A stretch of 64,000 nucleotides of DNA from Octopus vulgaris (Eukaryota), in NCBI GenBank assembly GCA_951406725.2, contig OX597843.1:18476001-18540000 (forward strand), read 5' to 3'. Made by a program: the position numbers and the translations under genes. Shown here piece by piece: positions 1 to 64,000 of this stretch; positions within the stretch are counted from its first letter, which is position 1; each line of letters opens with the position of its first letter. The notes under the pieces are model-generated. The model was not told where the DNA came from and made no database searches. It was given only the letters and a program-made list of their open reading frames with translations.

Positions 1-79
1 TTCTCCTTTTTCTTTTTCTTCTTCTTCTTCTTCTTCTTCTTCTTCTTCTTCTTCTTCTTCTCCTCCTCCTCCTCCTTCA

Positions 80-110
<31 letters not shown>

Positions 111-146
111 CTTCTTCTTCTTCTTCTTCTTCTTCTTCTTCTTCAA

Positions 147-356
147 GGTGGTGTACTGGCAGAATTGTTAGCACGCTGGGCGAAATACTACGCGGTATTT
201 CACCCATCCCGACGTTCTGAGTTCAAACTCCGCCAAGGCGGCTTTGCCTTTCGCCCTTCCTGGGTCAATGAAATATGTACCAGCTGAACACTTGGGTTGT
301 TGTAATCGACACATTCCCTCTACCCAAATGGTTGCCGTTGTGGAAAAATTTGAAAC
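147..356 (+). mobile_element. tRNA-derived SINE family 1 (Nin/Deu-domain-like core), diverged copy
   Basis: Head TGGCAGAA..GTTAGCAC, B-box GAGTTCAAA, core GCCTTT..CCTT...GGGTC.ATGAAAT..GTACCAG; about ten other copies in the window. Confidence 0.75.
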
Positions 357-421
357 AGTTATCATATATATTTGCAAATAGTTTGTATATCAATATTTAT
401 TGTATTTCGTGTCTATTATAG

Positions 422-62916
<62,495 letters not shown>

Positions 62917-63929
62917 GTAAGTATTTCAATTTCTATTTTCTTTTATAAACTGTTCAAATACAGAGAAACAACATCTGTCAGTTCGTGGGGTTTTCACAGG
63001 CTGATCAGATCGATGCAGGTCGAGGAAAGAGTTCCAGAATATTGTCACTTTGATGAAGAGTAACTCGATAAATATTATAGAGTAGAATTTTTAAGTGACA
63101 CACTGTAATGATGACACGAGATAAAGGAGTGGGGCGGAATAATCTATCTCGAGTGTTCAAGTAGAATTAATTTATAGCTTTGCAATTCAGAAAAAGTAGA
63201 GGAAAAGAGTAGTGGCAGAAGTGACTCCGTCTCTTCTTCTTCTTCTTCTTCTTCTTCTTCTTCTTCTTCTTCTTCTTCTTCTTCTTCTTCTTCTTCTTCT
63301 TCTTCTTCTTCTTCTTCTTCTTCTTCTTCTACCACCACTCCACCAATTATAAAATTATGTTCACGCGCTTGATTCGCAATTTGTGCAATCTTTCTCGTAT
63401 ATTCTGACTAATTTTCCTTTGTACTCTTTATTCTTCTAACCCTCGCTCAGTAAACAAACTCAGAGTAACACCAATCGCTCGCCGAGACAATATTAGATTT
63501 CATGAAGATATCTGGTATTATGTAGACTAAACTTACCCACATTAATCCCTCTCTTTTAAACAAAACACAAAAGTGGCTCACCCCCTATGTGGTCATTTAG
63601 TATGCTAGAAAGAGCATGTATCCAGAGTCTGTAGCATAACAAATGGCCGTTTCAACAAATTCACATCTCATAATTTTATTTTTTATTTTGAATTAAGCCA
63701 GAATCTCTGAAAAATTTCCTTTTTTGAAAAACATACACATTTAATAAATTCCAGAAGGAAAAAGGTGGAATAGGCCTCAAAAATTATTTTTCGAACATAA
63801 TTGTATTGAACATCATGAAAACGATTTCCAATATAATCGCAATCGACGTCATCTGAAATTTATTTGATGAAAATTTTATTAAAAAGTATCAGAGTTGTTC
63901 ATTGGAAAGGGTTTTGTGGTGTGAATGAA

Positions 63930-64000
63930 GGCAGCGAGCTGGCAGAATCGTTAGCACGCCGGGCGAAATGCGTAGCCGTATTTCGTCTGCCCTTACGTTC
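63930..64000 (+). mobile_element. SINE family 1 head, truncated by window end
   Basis: ggcagcgagctggcagaatcgttagcacgccgggcgaaatg. Confidence 0.8.

Noticed and set aside
63049-63075. TTGATGAAGAGTAACTCGATAA hammerhead-like string
   Set aside because: The GAAA core is disrupted, position 3 is U rather than C, and flanking stems are absent.
62917-64000. Search for the TM2 exon
   Set aside because: No AG-bounded open segment with TM2 character was found; the rest of the 7TM region presumably lies beyond the window.

Overview
AT-rich, microsatellite- and transposon-dense animal genomic DNA; the SINE families and repeat landscape suggest an octopus or other coleoid cephalopod, which is an inference. 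Almost the whole window is the interior of one + strand multi-exon gene that the ORF track largely misses. I assembled 29 GT-AG exons by hand (422-62916, 3051 coding nt, one unbroken frame). They encode an adhesion-type GPCR: at least 15 leucine-rich repeats, each on its own 72-nt phase-2 exon, then an LRR C-terminal cap, a 12-Cys Ly6/uPAR three-finger-like domain, an unassigned (possibly SEA-like) domain, HormR, GAIN/GPS and TM1. The 5' end and TM2-7 lie outside the window. The LRR exons fall into five classes arranged as a higher-order repeat (ABCDE-ABC[dead B]DE-ABDE-F) produced by multi-kb exon+intron duplications. Every junction among LRR exons 1-15 rebuilds a Leu codon, so any skipping stays in frame. 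The GPS site reads YL/TSF instead of HL/TSF. Introns hold SINEs (one a TSD-bounded 184-bp tetramer), mariner, Helitron-like, Penelope, RTE and (TAA)n-associated RLE LINE relics, and a 561-bp insertion carrying a minimal hammerhead ribozyme. Most ORFs in the supplied track are microsatellite artefacts.
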